Source of the DNA: an uncultured Thermoleophilia bacterium
GTDB lineage: Bacteria; Actinomycetota; Thermoleophilia; UBA2241
Reading direction: 5' to 3'
Assembly: GCA_963715985.1 (NCBI GenBank)
Contig: CAVQSP010000017.1
Coordinates: forward strand, 1 to 64,000
Length of the DNA stretch: 64,000 nucleotides
The notes below the pieces were generated by a model that saw only the letters and a list, made by a program, of their open reading frames with translations, did no database searches and was not told the DNA's origin. A program made the translations under genes and the position numbers. Each line of letters begins with the position of its first letter. Positions within the stretch are counted from its first letter, which is position 1. Shown here piece after piece: positions 10,650 through 25,312 of the stretch.

Positions 10650-12349
10650 TGGGAACCGCCTTTCCTGGGGCCGTGCAGATACTCGATCGCGTCGTCGGGC
10701 CGACGACGGCGAAGCAGATCCAAGGCGCTGAGGGCAAGCCATAGGCGATGGCGTGTCTCCTCGTCGCCGAGGTCCCGACCCATGGTCTGCTCCAGGCGCG
10801 TCAGACGGTGGTAGACGGACCGCCGTTCGATGGACAGGCGGCGCGCGGCTTCGCTCTTCCGGCCACCGCATTCGATGAACGCTCGCAGGGTGGGAAGCAG
10901 GGGGGACCTGCCGCGCGCGTCATGCTCCAGCAGTGGGCCCAGCTCCGACTCGACGTAGCGTGCCAGCTCGGGACCTTCCGCGAGGCGCAGCAGGAGGTGG
11001 CTCGGCCCCAGGCTGTCGAAGTGCGTGACCAGGGGCCCCTCGTCCGAGGCCGCGTGGAAGTCGGCGGCCTCGTAGGCGTTCCTCAGGGCCTTGAGGAGCG
11101 AATGTGGTGAGGTCTGCCCGCTCACACCAGCTCTCGGTCTGAGGTCGTCGTAGCGTCGGGCAACGCGCGAGGCCGCTTTCGTCCCGATCTCGTCGAGCGT
11201 CTGCTCGAGGTCCCGGCGCGGATCGACCCCGACGATCGCGACGACCCGGTCGCCGTCGAGGCCGCACAGGCCGCGGCAGCCGCTGTCACGCACGGCCTCA
11301 CGGACGTCGGACAAGATCGACGTCCGCACCGCTTGGCGCTCGTGCTCCTCGAGCCCCTGGCGTGCCGCTCTGCTCGCCAGGCCGTGTGGAATGACGACGA
11401 GCACGGCAAGGTTCTTGCCCTCAAGCTCCACCCTGCACGTCGAGCATCGCCGGTAGAACTCCGCCGGCTCCTGCAGCCGGCCGCCGAGGACATCCGCGAT
11501 CAGGGCGTTGCAGGCATGGTCGGCGAGGTGTCTGGCTTCGGAGCGGCCGAGCAGCGTGAGCGCCACAGCGGTGGCCGCGCGATCCACTGTCAGATGGTCG
11601 ATCTCGCTGAACGGGTGGAGGACGGCCAGCACGTGGAGGCGCCCCACCAGATCGCCGCGCACCACGATGTCCGCCCACAGGCACTCCGGTGACGATCGGG
11701 GCGAGCTGGACCTCTCCGTCGGACGAGCGGCCGTGACCTTCGCGCGAATGCAGCTCCCATGTGTCTGCAGAACGTCCTCGACGGAGGCTGCGTGTGCGGC
11801 GTACTCGACGACCTGGTGCGCAGGATCCTCGAGAACCACCGGGTTCTCGACCGTCGCGGCGAGTCGCTCGAGGATGAGCGGAAGGTCGCCGCCTCCAGTG
11901 ACCAGGCGGTTGAAGTCCCGGGCGATCATCTCCGCCTGCTCGATCAGCTGGAACTGCTCGCCGATGATCAGGCTGTGGACCTGCTCTGTGAGGTGGATCG
12001 CTCCTATGCGGCGACGGAGCACGATCAGCGGCAGGCCTTGAGCTTTGGCCTCGGCGATCATCCCGCGTGGTACCTCGGGGAAGTCCTCTCCGAGACGGAT
12101 CATCAGGCCTGCCGCGTTGACGCCCGCCAGATCGCGCACGTACCGGCGCTGCTTGCGAGGGTGGCGCGCAAGCTCCATGCCGGTCATGACGAGAAGCTCC
12201 CCTCCCTTGAGGAAGGGGGCGATGTCCAGCCGCTCCGAGATGCCCACCCACCGGATCGCGCGCGCGAGGCTCTCATGGCCGGCGAGCACGACCGCGTCGC
12301 CTTCGCGGACGTCCGGCAGAGCGAGAAAGTCGATGACCTTGAACGTCAT
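10646..12349 (-). CDS. PucR family transcriptional regulator
   Basis: N-terminal purine-catabolism-type sensor (LKGGELLVMTG); C-terminal LLPTLRAFIECGGRKSEAARRLSIERRSVYHRL HTH. Confidence 0.9.
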   Translation of the reverse strand: MTFKVIDFLALPDVREGDAVVLAGHESLARAIRWVGISERLDIAPFLKGGELLVMTGMELARHPRKQRRYVRDLAGVNAAGLMIRLGEDFPEVPRGMIAEAKAQGLPLIVLRRRIGAIHLTEQVHSLIIGEQFQLIEQAEMIARDFNRLVTGGGDLPLILERLAATVENPVVLEDPAHQVVEYAAHAASVEDVLQTHGSCIRAKVTAARPTERSSSPRSSPECLWADIVVRGDLVGRLHVLAVLHPFSEIDHLTVDRAATAVALTLLGRSEARHLADHACNALIADVLGGRLQEPAEFYRRCSTCRVELEGKNLAVLVVIPHGLASRAARQGLEEHERQAVRTSILSDVREAVRDSGCRGLCGLDGDRVVAIVGVDPRRDLEQTLDEIGTKAASRVARRYDDLRPRAGVSGQTSPHSLLKALRNAYEAADFHAASDEGPLVTHFDSLGPSHLLLRLAEGPELARYVESELGPLLEHDARGRSPLLPTLRAFIECGGRKSEAARRLSIERRSVYHRLTRLEQTMGRDLGDEETRHRLWLALSALDLLRRRRPDDAIEYLHGPRKGGSQ

Positions 12350-12385
12350 CGGCTACACAGTGTGAGAGAGGAAGCGAGGGTTCGT

Positions 12386-12411
12386 GTCATGGTCTGTGCA
12401 TTGTACTGCAC
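12386..12411. promoter_or_regulatory. Candidate PucR/CdaR-type operator in the divergent promoter
   Basis: Inverted repeat GTGCA-TTGTAC-TGCAC (12396-12411) between the regulator and the operon. Confidence 0.4.
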
Positions 12412-12458
12412 TGTGGCCGTGACTAGCATCGGCGAATCCCGAGCCTGATGGAGGGGCA

Positions 12459-13541
12459 ATGAAGCGCATCGCGGTGATTCCCGGAGACGGGGTAGGTCCC
12501 GAGGTCGTCCGAGAGTCGGAGAAGGTGCTCCGCATGGTCGGAACGATGGACCCGGCCGTCGAGCTGGCCTTCGACCACTACGAGTGGGGCACCGACAACT
12601 ACCTCAGTACCGGCGAGATGATGCCGGAGGACGCCCTCGACATCCTGCAGCGACTACGACGCCCTTCTCTTCGGCGCGGTCGGCTCGCCTGCCGTCAAGG
12701 ACCACGTCACCCTCAGGGACCTCCTGCTCAAGATCCGCTTCGGATTCGACCTCTACGTGAATCTGCGGCCGGTGAAGCTGCTCGACGGCGTTGAGACGCC
12801 TCTTGCGCAACGCCAAGCAGGCCGATGTCGACATGGTGTTCGTTCGCGAGGGCACCGAGGGCGAGTACGCGGGCGTCGGTGACCGCATCTACAGAGGGGA
12901 CCTCGCGAGAGGTCGCACTGCAGACGGCGGTCTTCAGCCGGAGAGGCACCGAGCGCGTCATCCGCTGGGCCTTCGAGCTCGGCAGACGCGAGAGCCGCTC
13001 GGTGACGAGCGTGAGCAAGGCCAACGCGCTCAACTACTCCGCCGTCCTCTGGGACGAGGTCTTCGACGAGATCGCCCTGGAATACCCGGATGTGCCGGCG
13101 CAGAGGCTCCTGGTCGACGCCGCCGCGATGTTCATGGTCATGGAGCCCGAGCGGTTCGGCGTCGTCGTGGCCTCCAACCTGTTCGCCGACATCCTCACCG
13201 ATCTCGGCGCCGCGATCATGGGAGGCATGGGCCTGGCGCCGAGCGCCGGCCTCAATCCGGAGCGCATCTACCCCTCCATGTTCGAGCCGATCCACGGCTC
13301 GGCGCCCGAGATCGCCGGCAGGGGCGAGGCGAATCCGATCGGCTCGATCTGGAGCGCCGCCCAGATGCTCGACCACCTCGGGTTCCCAGCATGGAGCGCG
13401 GAGATCCTGCGGTCCATCAACGAGGTCCTCAGAGCGGGCGTCGTCCGCACTCCAGACCTGGGCGGCGCGTCGTCGACCGTAGAGATGGGAGACGCCATCG
13501 CTGCTGCGCTCACGCAGCCGAAGGTGGCGACTCGGGCGTGA
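12459..13541 (+). CDS. Tartrate/D-malate dehydrogenase (decarboxylating), IDH/IPMDH family, frameshifted
   Basis: IAVIPGDGVGPEV, SKANAL, VVASNLFADILTDL, PSMFEPIHGSAPEIAG, ANPIGSIWSAAQMLDHLG, TPDLGG. Confidence 0.8.
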
Positions 13542-13724
13542 CGCGCGTGCTCCAGGTCAGTCTCCAGTTCGCAATCACCCGCACATGCCCGATACTCGAC
13601 GTCAGGGAAGCTCGTGGCGGTCGAGACGGGTGCGGGTCTGCGCCACCCACACGCGCCGACTTCGGAGGCGCATCGTAGTCGTCGGATAGCGCTCGCGTAC
13701 CACGAATCGTCAGGGGGAAACGAC

Positions 13725-15434
13725 ATGAAGCAGAGAGTGGCCAAGAACCGAGGGGGCGGGGCAGCTGGGTGGTCGCGGCCCTGCTTCTCACGGCAGCCGT
13801 CATCGTGGTGGCCGGTTGCGGAAGCACCTCGGGGACATCGTCGTCCGGGGGCAGCGGCAGCTCCGCGCAGCCGGTGTTCCGCCTGGGCGTGCAGAGCGGC
13901 ACCATTCAAACGCTCAACCCGTTCATGGGCAGCTACACGTCCGATCAAGTCGCCACGAACATGCAGTATCCGCTGCTCATCCAGTACTCCCAGGACCTCG
14001 AGGTGCAGCCGGACCTGGCGGAGTCATGGACGACCAGTCCGGACGGCAAGACCTGGACGTTCAAGCTCAAGTCGGGCGCCGTGTGGACCGACGGGAAGCC
14101 GATCACCGCGCAGGATGCCGCCTTCACGATCAACGAGGTGCTCAGGCTCGCGGACGGCGTCGGGGCGTCGCTCAGCATCTATCTCGTCGGCGTGAAGTCC
14201 GCCAAGGCCGTGGACGCGACCACGCTGGACGTCAAGCTGTCGAGTCCTCAGGCTCCGTTCCTCTCCAATATCCAGGGGCTGCCGATCCTCCCCGAGCACG
14301 TCTGGGCGCCTCTGACGGCGGGCGAGGGCGGCAAGGTCAAGACGTTCACGGGCGACCCGGCGAAGGGTCCCGTGGTGGTCGCCGGTCCGTTCGCCGTGCA
14401 GAAGTGGGAGACGAACGGCACGACCATCTTCAAGCGCGTCGACACGTACTATGGTCCGAAGTCCCTGATCGACACGTGGGGCTGGCAGGTGTTCTCGAAC
14501 GCCGACGCCGGCATCCAGGCACTGAAGGCCGGCGACATCGACTGTCTCGCAGGCATCCCCGCCACCAGCGTCGATGCGCTCGAGGGCGCGCCGGGCATCC
14601 AGGTGGAGGGCTTCGGCCAAGGCAAGCTCCTCATCGGCCTGCTCTACAACAAGGGCGTCTCGGCTCACCCTGAGCTCGGCGATCCCAAGGTGCGCGAGGC
14701 GCTGAACGCGGCCATCAACCGTCAGGCGATCGTCGACTCGGCGTTCCGCGGCTTCGGGAACGCCGATGGCTCGCTCTTCATGCCCCAGTTCGTGCCCCAG
14801 TTCATGACCTCTCCGGTGCCCGTGCCGGCGTTCGACGCCGCCAAGGCGAACCAGATCCTCGACGACCTGGGATTCGCCAAGGGCAGTGACGGCATCCGCG
14901 TCGCCAACGGCGCCAGGATGTCCTACAAGATGGCGGGTCTCACTGCGCGCAAGGCGACCTACGGGCGTGCTGCGGACGCGATCAGGCAGGACCTCGCCGC
15001 GATCGGCGTGGACTTCACGGTCGCCTGGGTCGACGATCCCGTCGGCGCGCTGATCGGGACCGAAGCAGGACTACGACAACGGCTACCAGGGCTACTTCGG
15101 TGGCATCGGTCTTATGCCGGATCCCGACTGGTCGCTGTACGTCTTCGATTCGGAGATGCTCGGCGTCTACAACATGTTCGGCTACTCCAATCCGGCGTAC
15201 GACAAGCTGTACACCGCCCAGGCGACCGAGATGGACGCCGACAAGCGCAAGGCGCTCATCGACCAGGCCGTCGCCATCCTCCAGAAGGACCAGGTCGAGA
15301 TCGGGGTGCTTTCCCAAGCCGCGATCGTGGCCTGGAACAGCCACTGGCAGAACATCCCGGACGCGGCGTACATCGGCGGTTGGCTCGGCTATCTCAACCA
15401 GGATCAGCTCAGCAGGATCTCGTACCAGAAGTAG
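13725..15434 (+). CDS. Peptide/nickel-type ABC transporter substrate-binding lipoprotein (family 5), frameshifted
   Basis: Lipobox VAGC; PDLAESWTTSPDGKTWTFKLKSGAVWTDGKPITAQDAAFT. Confidence 0.9.
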
Positions 15435-15479
15435 CAGGGAGCCGACCTCGACAATGCCGGCACTCACTGTGAAGCAACC

Positions 15480-16445
15480 GTGAGCAAGCGCCAACGCTTC
15501 ATCCTTCGCCGGGCAGGGACCGCGGTGGTCATCGCCCTGGTGGCCACCCTGTTCAGCTTCGTGCTGTTCCGGGCCCTGCCCGGCGATGCCGTGACCAACA
15601 TCGCCCAATCGCCGCGGATCACGCCGGAGGTCCAGGCGGCGCTGCGTCACAACTTCGGCCTCGACAGGCCGTTGTGGACCCAATACGCGCTCTACATGCG
15701 CGAGCTCGCGAAGGGCAACCTCGGAGTGTCGTTCACCGATGCACAACCCGTCAGAGACAAGATCGTCGAGGCCGCCAAGAACACCATCCCCATGGCCTTG
15801 CTCGGCACGATGATGGGGATGATCATCGGCACGATCATCGGCGTCAATGCCGCCTACAGGCAGGGCAGTGCTCGCGACCGTGTGATCACGGGTTCGGCCA
15901 TGATCCTGTACTCCCTTCCCGTCCAGTGGATCGGCCTCCTGATGCTCGTCTGGTTCGCGGGTGTGCTCCCGACGTCGGGCATGAGCGACCCCTATCTCGT
16001 CGACGCCGGCTTCTGGGCCACCGCGGAGGACCGGCTCCTGCACATGCTGCTGCCGGCGACCTGCGTCGCTCTGCTGCTCTTCGGCGCATTCGCCCTGGTC
16101 GTCCGGTCTTCGCAGCTCGAGGCGCTCTCCGACGACCACGTGCTGACGGCGCGCGCCAAGGGGTACGGGAACCGCCGCGTCGTCTGGCGCGAAGCGTTTC
16201 GCTCAGCGATGTTGCCCCTCGTCTCGCTCTCCACGCTCACGCTCGGCTTCCTCATCGGCGGTGGCATCCTTGTCGAGACGGTGTTCGGGTGGCCGGGAGT
16301 CGGCCGGCTCACCGTTCAGGCGGTCGGGGCTCGGGACTATCCCCTGCTTCAGGGGCTCTTCCTGGTGATCACCCTCTCTGTCGTGGCCTTCAACTTCCTC
16401 GGCGATGTCCTGCACGCCGTCCTCGACCCGAGGGTGGCGGAGTGA
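15480..16445 (+). CDS. ABC transporter permease (DppB/OppB-like)
   Basis: LPGD, FGLDRPLWTQY, TARAKG, VETVFGWPGVG, RDYPLLQG, LDPRV. Confidence 0.9.
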   Translation: MSKRQRFILRRAGTAVVIALVATLFSFVLFRALPGDAVTNIAQSPRITPEVQAALRHNFGLDRPLWTQYALYMRELAKGNLGVSFTDAQPVRDKIVEAAKNTIPMALLGTMMGMIIGTIIGVNAAYRQGSARDRVITGSAMILYSLPVQWIGLLMLVWFAGVLPTSGMSDPYLVDAGFWATAEDRLLHMLLPATCVALLLFGAFALVVRSSQLEALSDDHVLTARAKGYGNRRVVWREAFRSAMLPLVSLSTLTLGFLIGGGILVETVFGWPGVGRLTVQAVGARDYPLLQGLFLVITLSVVAFNFLGDVLHAVLDPRVAE

Positions 16446-17329
16446 GCCTCTTCCGCCGCGTGCTGCACAAGCCGACGGTCGTGGCCGGGGCCGCGATCAT
16501 CACCCTGTTCGCCCTCGTCGGCGTGTTCGCGCCGGTCCTCGAGCCCTATTCTCCCTACGTGCCCAGCGGGCCGACGTTCGCGCCGCCCTCGTGGTCCCAT
16601 CTCCTGGGCACCGATGACGCCGGCGTCGACATGCTCAGCCTGGTGATCGCCGGGACGCAGAACTCGATGATGGTGGGGTTCGCGGCCGCGGCGGTCGCGG
16701 TCATCATCGGCGGCACCCTTGGGATCGTCTCCGGGTATCGGGGCGGCTGGGGTGAGACGGCAGTGGTCGGAGTCACGGACTTCTTCCTCGTGATCCCGGC
16801 CCTGCCGCTGATGATCGTGCTGGCGGCTCTGTTCGGCCAGACCATCTTCCAGATCGTCATCATCATCGCGCTGCTCGCGTGGATGAACGTGACGTACGTG
16901 GTGCGCGCCCAGGTGCACACGCTCAGAGAGCGTGGCTTTGTGGCGCGGGCGCGCAGCCTCGGCGCCGGTGACATGTACATCATCCGGCGCCACATCCTCC
17001 CCCATGTGGCGCCACTGCTGGTCGCTCAGACCGTGCTTACGGTCGCGACCGCGGTGTTCGCCGAGGCTGCGCTTGCCTTCATCGGGCTGGGCGACCCGCG
17101 CCGGATCTCCTGGGGCATCATCATCCAGAACGCGTTCGACCGCACCGCCGTGTCCGCCGGCGCCTGGTGGGCGATCGTGCCTCCAGGCGTGTGCATCGCG
17201 CTGCTCGTGCTCGGCTGCTTCCTGGTCGGTCAGGGCATCGAAGAGGCCATGAACCCCCGGCTCGGCAGCGCCCACGTCTCGCCGCGTTCGTTCCGCTTGA
17301 GGCGGCCGACGCCGGAGGACGTCCAGTGA
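16442..17329 (+). CDS. ABC transporter permease (DppC/OppC-like)
   Basis: HLLGTDDAGVD, ARSLGAG, RHILPH, AFIGLG, SWG, WWAIVPPG. Confidence 0.9.
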   Translation: MSLFRRVLHKPTVVAGAAIITLFALVGVFAPVLEPYSPYVPSGPTFAPPSWSHLLGTDDAGVDMLSLVIAGTQNSMMVGFAAAAVAVIIGGTLGIVSGYRGGWGETAVVGVTDFFLVIPALPLMIVLAALFGQTIFQIVIIIALLAWMNVTYVVRAQVHTLRERGFVARARSLGAGDMYIIRRHILPHVAPLLVAQTVLTVATAVFAEAALAFIGLGDPRRISWGIIIQNAFDRTAVSAGAWWAIVPPGVCIALLVLGCFLVGQGIEEAMNPRLGSAHVSPRSFRLRRPTPEDVQ

Positions 17330-18281
17330 GCGTGCTCGAGATGCAGGATCTGCACGTCTGGTTCGACGCACCCGACGGAACCTCGGCGCACGCCGTGCGC
17401 GGTGTGGACCTTGCCGTGGACGTCGGCGAGCGCGTCGGGGTGCTCGGCGAGTCGGGCTGCGGCAAGACCACGGCGATCCTCGCCGCCATGGGTCTCTTGC
17501 CCTCGTTCGCGAGCGTCGGCGGCAGCGTGCGCATCGACGGCGTCGACGTACTCGCAGGCGGGGAGAAGAGCGCGCGTTCGGTGCGCTGGACGCACGCCGC
17601 CATGATCTTCCAGGGTGCGATGAGCGCCATGAACCCGGTGCACCGTATCGGCAAGCAGATCGCCGATCCCATGGTCTTCCACAAGCAGTGCAGTCCTTCC
17701 GCCGCGCGCGAGCGCACGCGCAAGGTGCTCGAGCTCGTGGGCCTTCCTGCGAGCGTCGCCCAACGCTATCCGCACGAGCTCTCTGGAGGCATGCGCCAGC
17801 GTGCCGGGATCGCCATGGCGGTCGCCTGCGAGCCCAAAGTGCTGTTCGCCGACGAGCCTACGACGGCTCTCGACGTGGTGGTGCAGGCGCAGATCGGCGA
17901 TCTCCTCAGCGAGCTGACCGAGCGCCTTGGGCTCGCTCTCGTCATGGTGACGCACGACATCGGCATGATCGCAGAGACCACCGAGCGCGCGGTGGTCATG
18001 TACGCCGGGGTCATCGTGGAGGACGGCCGACGTTCGACGTGCTCACGGCTCCGCGTCATCCGTACACGCGATTGCTCCTCGAAGCCACGCCGGTGGTGAA
18101 CCGGGATCGCCCTTTGGTCAGCATTCCCGGGACGCCGCCGCGCCTCGATGAGGCGATCCGCGGCTGCGCCTTCGCGGCCCGCTGCCCGCAGGCGTTCGAA
18201 GTCTGCACCACGCGGCCGGCGCTCCTAGGCGAGGCCCATCGTGTCGCCTGCCATGCAGTCGAGAAGGGGAGGCTCTCGTGA
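17326..18281 (+). CDS. ABC transporter ATP-binding protein (DppD-like), frameshifted
   Basis: GESGCGKT, YPHELSGGMRQR, DEPTTALD, HPYT and C-terminal Cys motif. Confidence 0.9.
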
Positions 18282-19345
18282 ACGCGGCGGCGCCTTCCCC
18301 TGAGAGTGGACCCGGGCACCTCCTCGAGGTCCGTGACCTCGCCGTGCACTTCGCTTTGAAGCGCTCGCTGCGGGACCGCATGGCCCGTCGCAGCGGCAAG
18401 ACGGCGCTCGCCGTCGACGGCGTCTCGCTCGCGGTCGACGCCGGCGAGCTCCTCGCTCTGGTCGGCGAGTCGGGCAGCGGCAAGACCACCCTGGCGCTCG
18501 CCGCGCTGCGCCTCCTCGACCCGACCGCCGGCAGCGTGCACTTCGAGGGCGCCGACGTGACGCGTCTTTCGCGTCACCAGATGCGGCCGCTTCGCCGGCG
18601 CGCTCAGCTGATCCACCAGGATCCCGTACGCTGCTCTCGATGCGCGTCTCCGGATCCGGGACTCCGTCGCCGAGGGCCTGCGCATCCACGGGGTCACGCA
18701 GTCGAGGGACGAGGAACGCAGGCTCGTCTGCGATGCCCTCGAGAGGGTCGGCCTCACGCCGGTCGAGGCCTTCGCCGAGCGCTATCCTCATCAGCTTTCG
18801 GGCGGTCAGCGACAGCGGGTGGCCATAGCCGGCAGCCTCGTGCTGCGGCCTTCGCTCCTGGTAGCGGATGAGCCGGTGTCGATGCTCGACGTCTCGGTGC
18901 GCGCCGGCATCCTCGATCTGCTGGACCGCCTTCGCCGGGACGACGACGTGGGGATCCTCATGATCACCCATGACCTTGCCACGGCCGCGCACGTCTCCGA
19001 CCGCGTCGCGGTCATGTACCACGGGAATCTGGTGGAAATCGGCGTCGCGCACACCGTGATCGACAGGCCTCAGCACCCCTACACGCAAGCGCTCATCTAC
19101 GCGGTGCCGCGCGTGCACCGCGATGAGCAGCGCCAGCGCACGCTTCCGGGAGATCCGCCCGACGCCTCTCACGTCCCGTCCGGGTGCAGGTTCCACCCGC
19201 GCTGTGCGATCGCCGTCGAGCGCTGCAAGTCGGAGGTCCCTCGCCTGCTGCCGGCGACGGACGAGAGCGGCACCATGGTCGCGTGTCATCTGCGCTCCGT
19301 GCCGCCTGACGACCGCGGGCCAGACGTGAGTGGTCGCGAGCTTCG

Positions 19346-19349
<4 letters not shown>
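18278..19349 (+). CDS. ABC transporter ATP-binding protein (DppF-like), frameshifted
   Basis: GESGSGKT, ADEPVSMLD, HPYTQAL, GCRFHPRC. Confidence 0.9.
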
Positions 19350-22363
<3,014 letters not shown>

Positions 22364-22367
<4 letters not shown>

Positions 22368-22984
22368 CGGCCGGCCGGCGATGGGCTGCAGGTTGCGCGA
22401 CGTGCGGAAGCGATCGAAGGTGCCGGCGGACCGACGACGTCTGTGCCGTGAGCCGCTCTGCGTGCCAGATCGACGCTCTCGCAGCGTATGAGGATCCGCA
22501 GGTCCTCGAGATGGCCCGCGTCGCCGCCCAAGTCGAGGCGACCGGCTACGAGCGGTGGGACCGCGCGACGGAGACCATCGAGTTCGCCCACCGAATGGGG
22601 TACCGACGGGTGGGGCTCGCCTTCTGCCTTCGTCTCAGCGACGAAGCGTCGGCCTATCATCGCCGGCTCGAGCGGGAGGGTTTCGACGTGGTCTCCGCGA
22701 TGTGCAAGGCCGGCGCGGTCCCCAAGGAGTCGATCCTCGGCCTCCGCGAGGACGAGAAGGTCCGCCCAGGGTCGCCCGAGGCGATGTGTAACCCCGTCGC
22801 CCAAGCACGGCTGCTGGCAGACGCGGAGGTCGACCTGAACATCGTGATCGGCCTGTGCGTCGGGCACGACGCGCTCTTCATTCAGCACTCCCGCGGCCCG
22901 GTGACCGTCCTGGTCGCCAAGGACCGCGTCTTCGACAACAAGCCCGTGCTGGGTCTCAGGGGCGAATCGGACTCTGCGGAATGA
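22364..22984 (+). CDS. DUF1847 domain Cys-rich metal-binding protein
   Basis: [48 protein letters not shown]. Confidence 0.85.
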
Positions 22985-24122
22985 GTTTCGCCGCGCCTGA
23001 AGAGCGCGTGGAGCGGCGGCGCACGGGGAGCGCCAAGTGGGACCGGTTCCCCGACGACGTCCTGCCGCTCTGGGTCGCGGACATGGACTTCCCGTCGCCG
23101 CCCTCGGTCGTCGCGGCACTCGAGAGTCCGCGCCGCCCACGGCGTGTACGGCTATCAGAGCGTTCACGAGCCCTTCGTCGACGCTCTTCGAGGCCACCTT
23201 CTGTCGCACTACGCCTTCGACGTGAGCCCCGACTGGCTGGTCTGGCTGCCGGGAGTCGTCAGCGGGCTCAACCTGGCTTGCGCGGCCTACGCCGGTCCCG
23301 GTGACGAGGTCCTCACCATCGCGCCCGCCTATCCGCCGTTCCTGCGCGCTCCATCCAACCAGGGTCGGCGCCTTGTCACGGTAGCGGCCGCCGACATCGA
23401 CGGCCGCTGGCGGTTGCCGATCGACGAGCTTGAGGAGGCGGTCACCGACCGGACGCGCCTGCTGCTGCTGTGTCATCCGCACAACCCCCTGGGTCGAGTC
23501 TGGGACCGCGACGAACTCCGCTCGATCGTGGCGCTCTGCGAGCGGCGCGATCTCGTGCTCTGCTCGGACGAGATCCACTGCGACCTGGTGCTCGACGACA
23601 TGGCCCACGAACCAGTCGCGACTCTCGGGCCCGCCGCCGCGGCCCGGACAGTCACGTTCATGTCGCCGAGCAAGACCTTCAATCTGCCCGGACTCAACTT
23701 CGCGTTCGCGGTGATCCCGGACGAGGCGCTGAGAAGGCGCTTCTGCGCTGCTGCCGAGGGCCTGCTCCCGCATCCGGGCTGTTTCGCCGTCGCCGCCGCA
23801 GAGGCCGCCTACCGGGATGGCGAAGCGTGGCTGAGCGGTCTGCTGGACTATCTCCGGGCGAATCGCGACCTGCTCGAGCGCTTCGTCGCCGGATCGATGC
23901 CGGCTGCCAGCATGAACCATGTGGAAGGAACCTACCTGGCCTGGCTCGATGCCCGCGCTGCAGGGCTGGACGACCCCTGGGATGCCTGTCTGCGAGCCGG
24001 TGTGGCACTGGGCGAGGGCAGTCAGGTTCGGTGCGCCGGGCTTCCTTCGTCTCAACTTCGCGTGCTCGCGCTCGACACTCGCGGAGGCGCTGGAGCGCCT
24101 GCGTCCCGTGCTGAGCGGGTGA
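22981..24122 (+). CDS. patB: MalY/PatB family PLP-dependent C-S lyase, frameshifted
   Basis: [58 protein letters not shown]. Confidence 0.85.
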
Positions 24123-24252
24123 CGCACGTAGTCACCCGGACGAGGAACGACTGTGTCGCGCCGACCACGCTCAGGCGCGTGAGCCGGGCAGGGCGAGCGG
24201 CGCGGAGCGTGTCTGTCGGGTCCAGTCTCGTGAGGGAGAAAGCACGGTGGGT

Positions 24253-25251
24253 ATGAAGGTTGCTCAGACGGACTGGCGGCTCGTGGCGAGACTGACGGAG
24301 GCGCCGGACGTCGCCGTCCCCTGGCTGGACCGCTTCTATGAGCCGGGCGAGGTCGCCATTCTCAGGGAGCTCGCTGAGGGCGGCCTGTCGGCAGATGAGC
24401 TGAGGCGCCGGCTTCGCGCGGGAGCACGCGTCGCCGCCGCCGATGTCGCCCAGTGCGTCGAGCGTGCCTATCGGCGCGTGGTCATCGCGCGCTCCAAGAC
24501 GGCGAGCACACGCCGGCGCCGTTCGTGGAACGGTTCATGTCGTGGGCGCTCTTCGAGGGGTGGGGCGACCTCCCGGCCAAAGCGCAAGAGGACCTTCGCG
24601 CATGGCGACTCGCGTGGCGGACGGACGCGGTGCGGAGCGACGTCGATGCCATCCGTCGACGGGCGGGCATTCGATGCCGCCAGGGACGGGACCTATCTGC
24701 TGCTTCATGAGGCGGAAGAGGCGCTCGGAGAGTGGTCGCACATCTACCTCTTCCCGTGCGGATGCCGAGCCATCATGCAGGGGTGCGCCAAGCCGACTCT
24801 GAACTGCCTCTGCAGTTACGACTGGCACGACCGGGGGTGGGAGATCTCCTTGAGTCGCGCCGTCGACATCGTCCGCGAAGCCAACAGGCGTGGTCTCATG
24901 CAGACCGGCCATCTGCCTGGAGCGTCACGCAATTCCATCTGCAACTGCTGCAACGATTGCTGCTTCCCGATGCTCGTCTCCGAGCGCCTTGATGCTGCCC
25001 GGCTCTATCCGAGGACTCGCTACCTCGCCGAGATCCGTCCTGCCGCGTGCGATGGGTGTCTGCGCTGCGTCGCGCGCTGTCCCTTCGGCGCCATCTCGTC
25101 TCAGGCGACGGGGCATGGCGCCGACGATGGTTCCGCGCCTCCGCTCGTCGATCCGACGCTCTGCAGAGGCTGCGGCCTGTGTGCGACGGGGTGTCGCCGC
25201 GGGAGCATCGAGATGCTGCCGCTCGCGCAGTCTGGAGCGGCATCGGTGTGA
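24253..25251 (+). CDS. 4Fe-4S dicluster-binding protein
   Basis: CGCR, ICNCCNDCC, CDGCLRCVARCPFGA, CRGCGLCATGC. Confidence 0.85.
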   Translation: MKVAQTDWRLVARLTEAPDVAVPWLDRFYEPGEVAILRELAEGGLSADELRRRLRAGARVAAADVAQCVERAYRRVVIARSKTASTRRRRSWNGSCRGRSSRGGATSRPKRKRTFAHGDSRGGRTRCGATSMPSVDGRAFDAARDGTYLLLHEAEEALGEWSHIYLFPCGCRAIMQGCAKPTLNCLCSYDWHDRGWEISLSRAVDIVREANRRGLMQTGHLPGASRNSICNCCNDCCFPMLVSERLDAARLYPRTRYLAEIRPAACDGCLRCVARCPFGAISSQATGHGADDGSAPPLVDPTLCRGCGLCATGCRRGSIEMLPLAQSGAASV

Positions 25252-25312
25252 GCAGCCCGGCGAGGCCATGCGACGCCCCCCATCTCCTGGAGCGCGCTCC
25301 GGAGGCCGGCGA

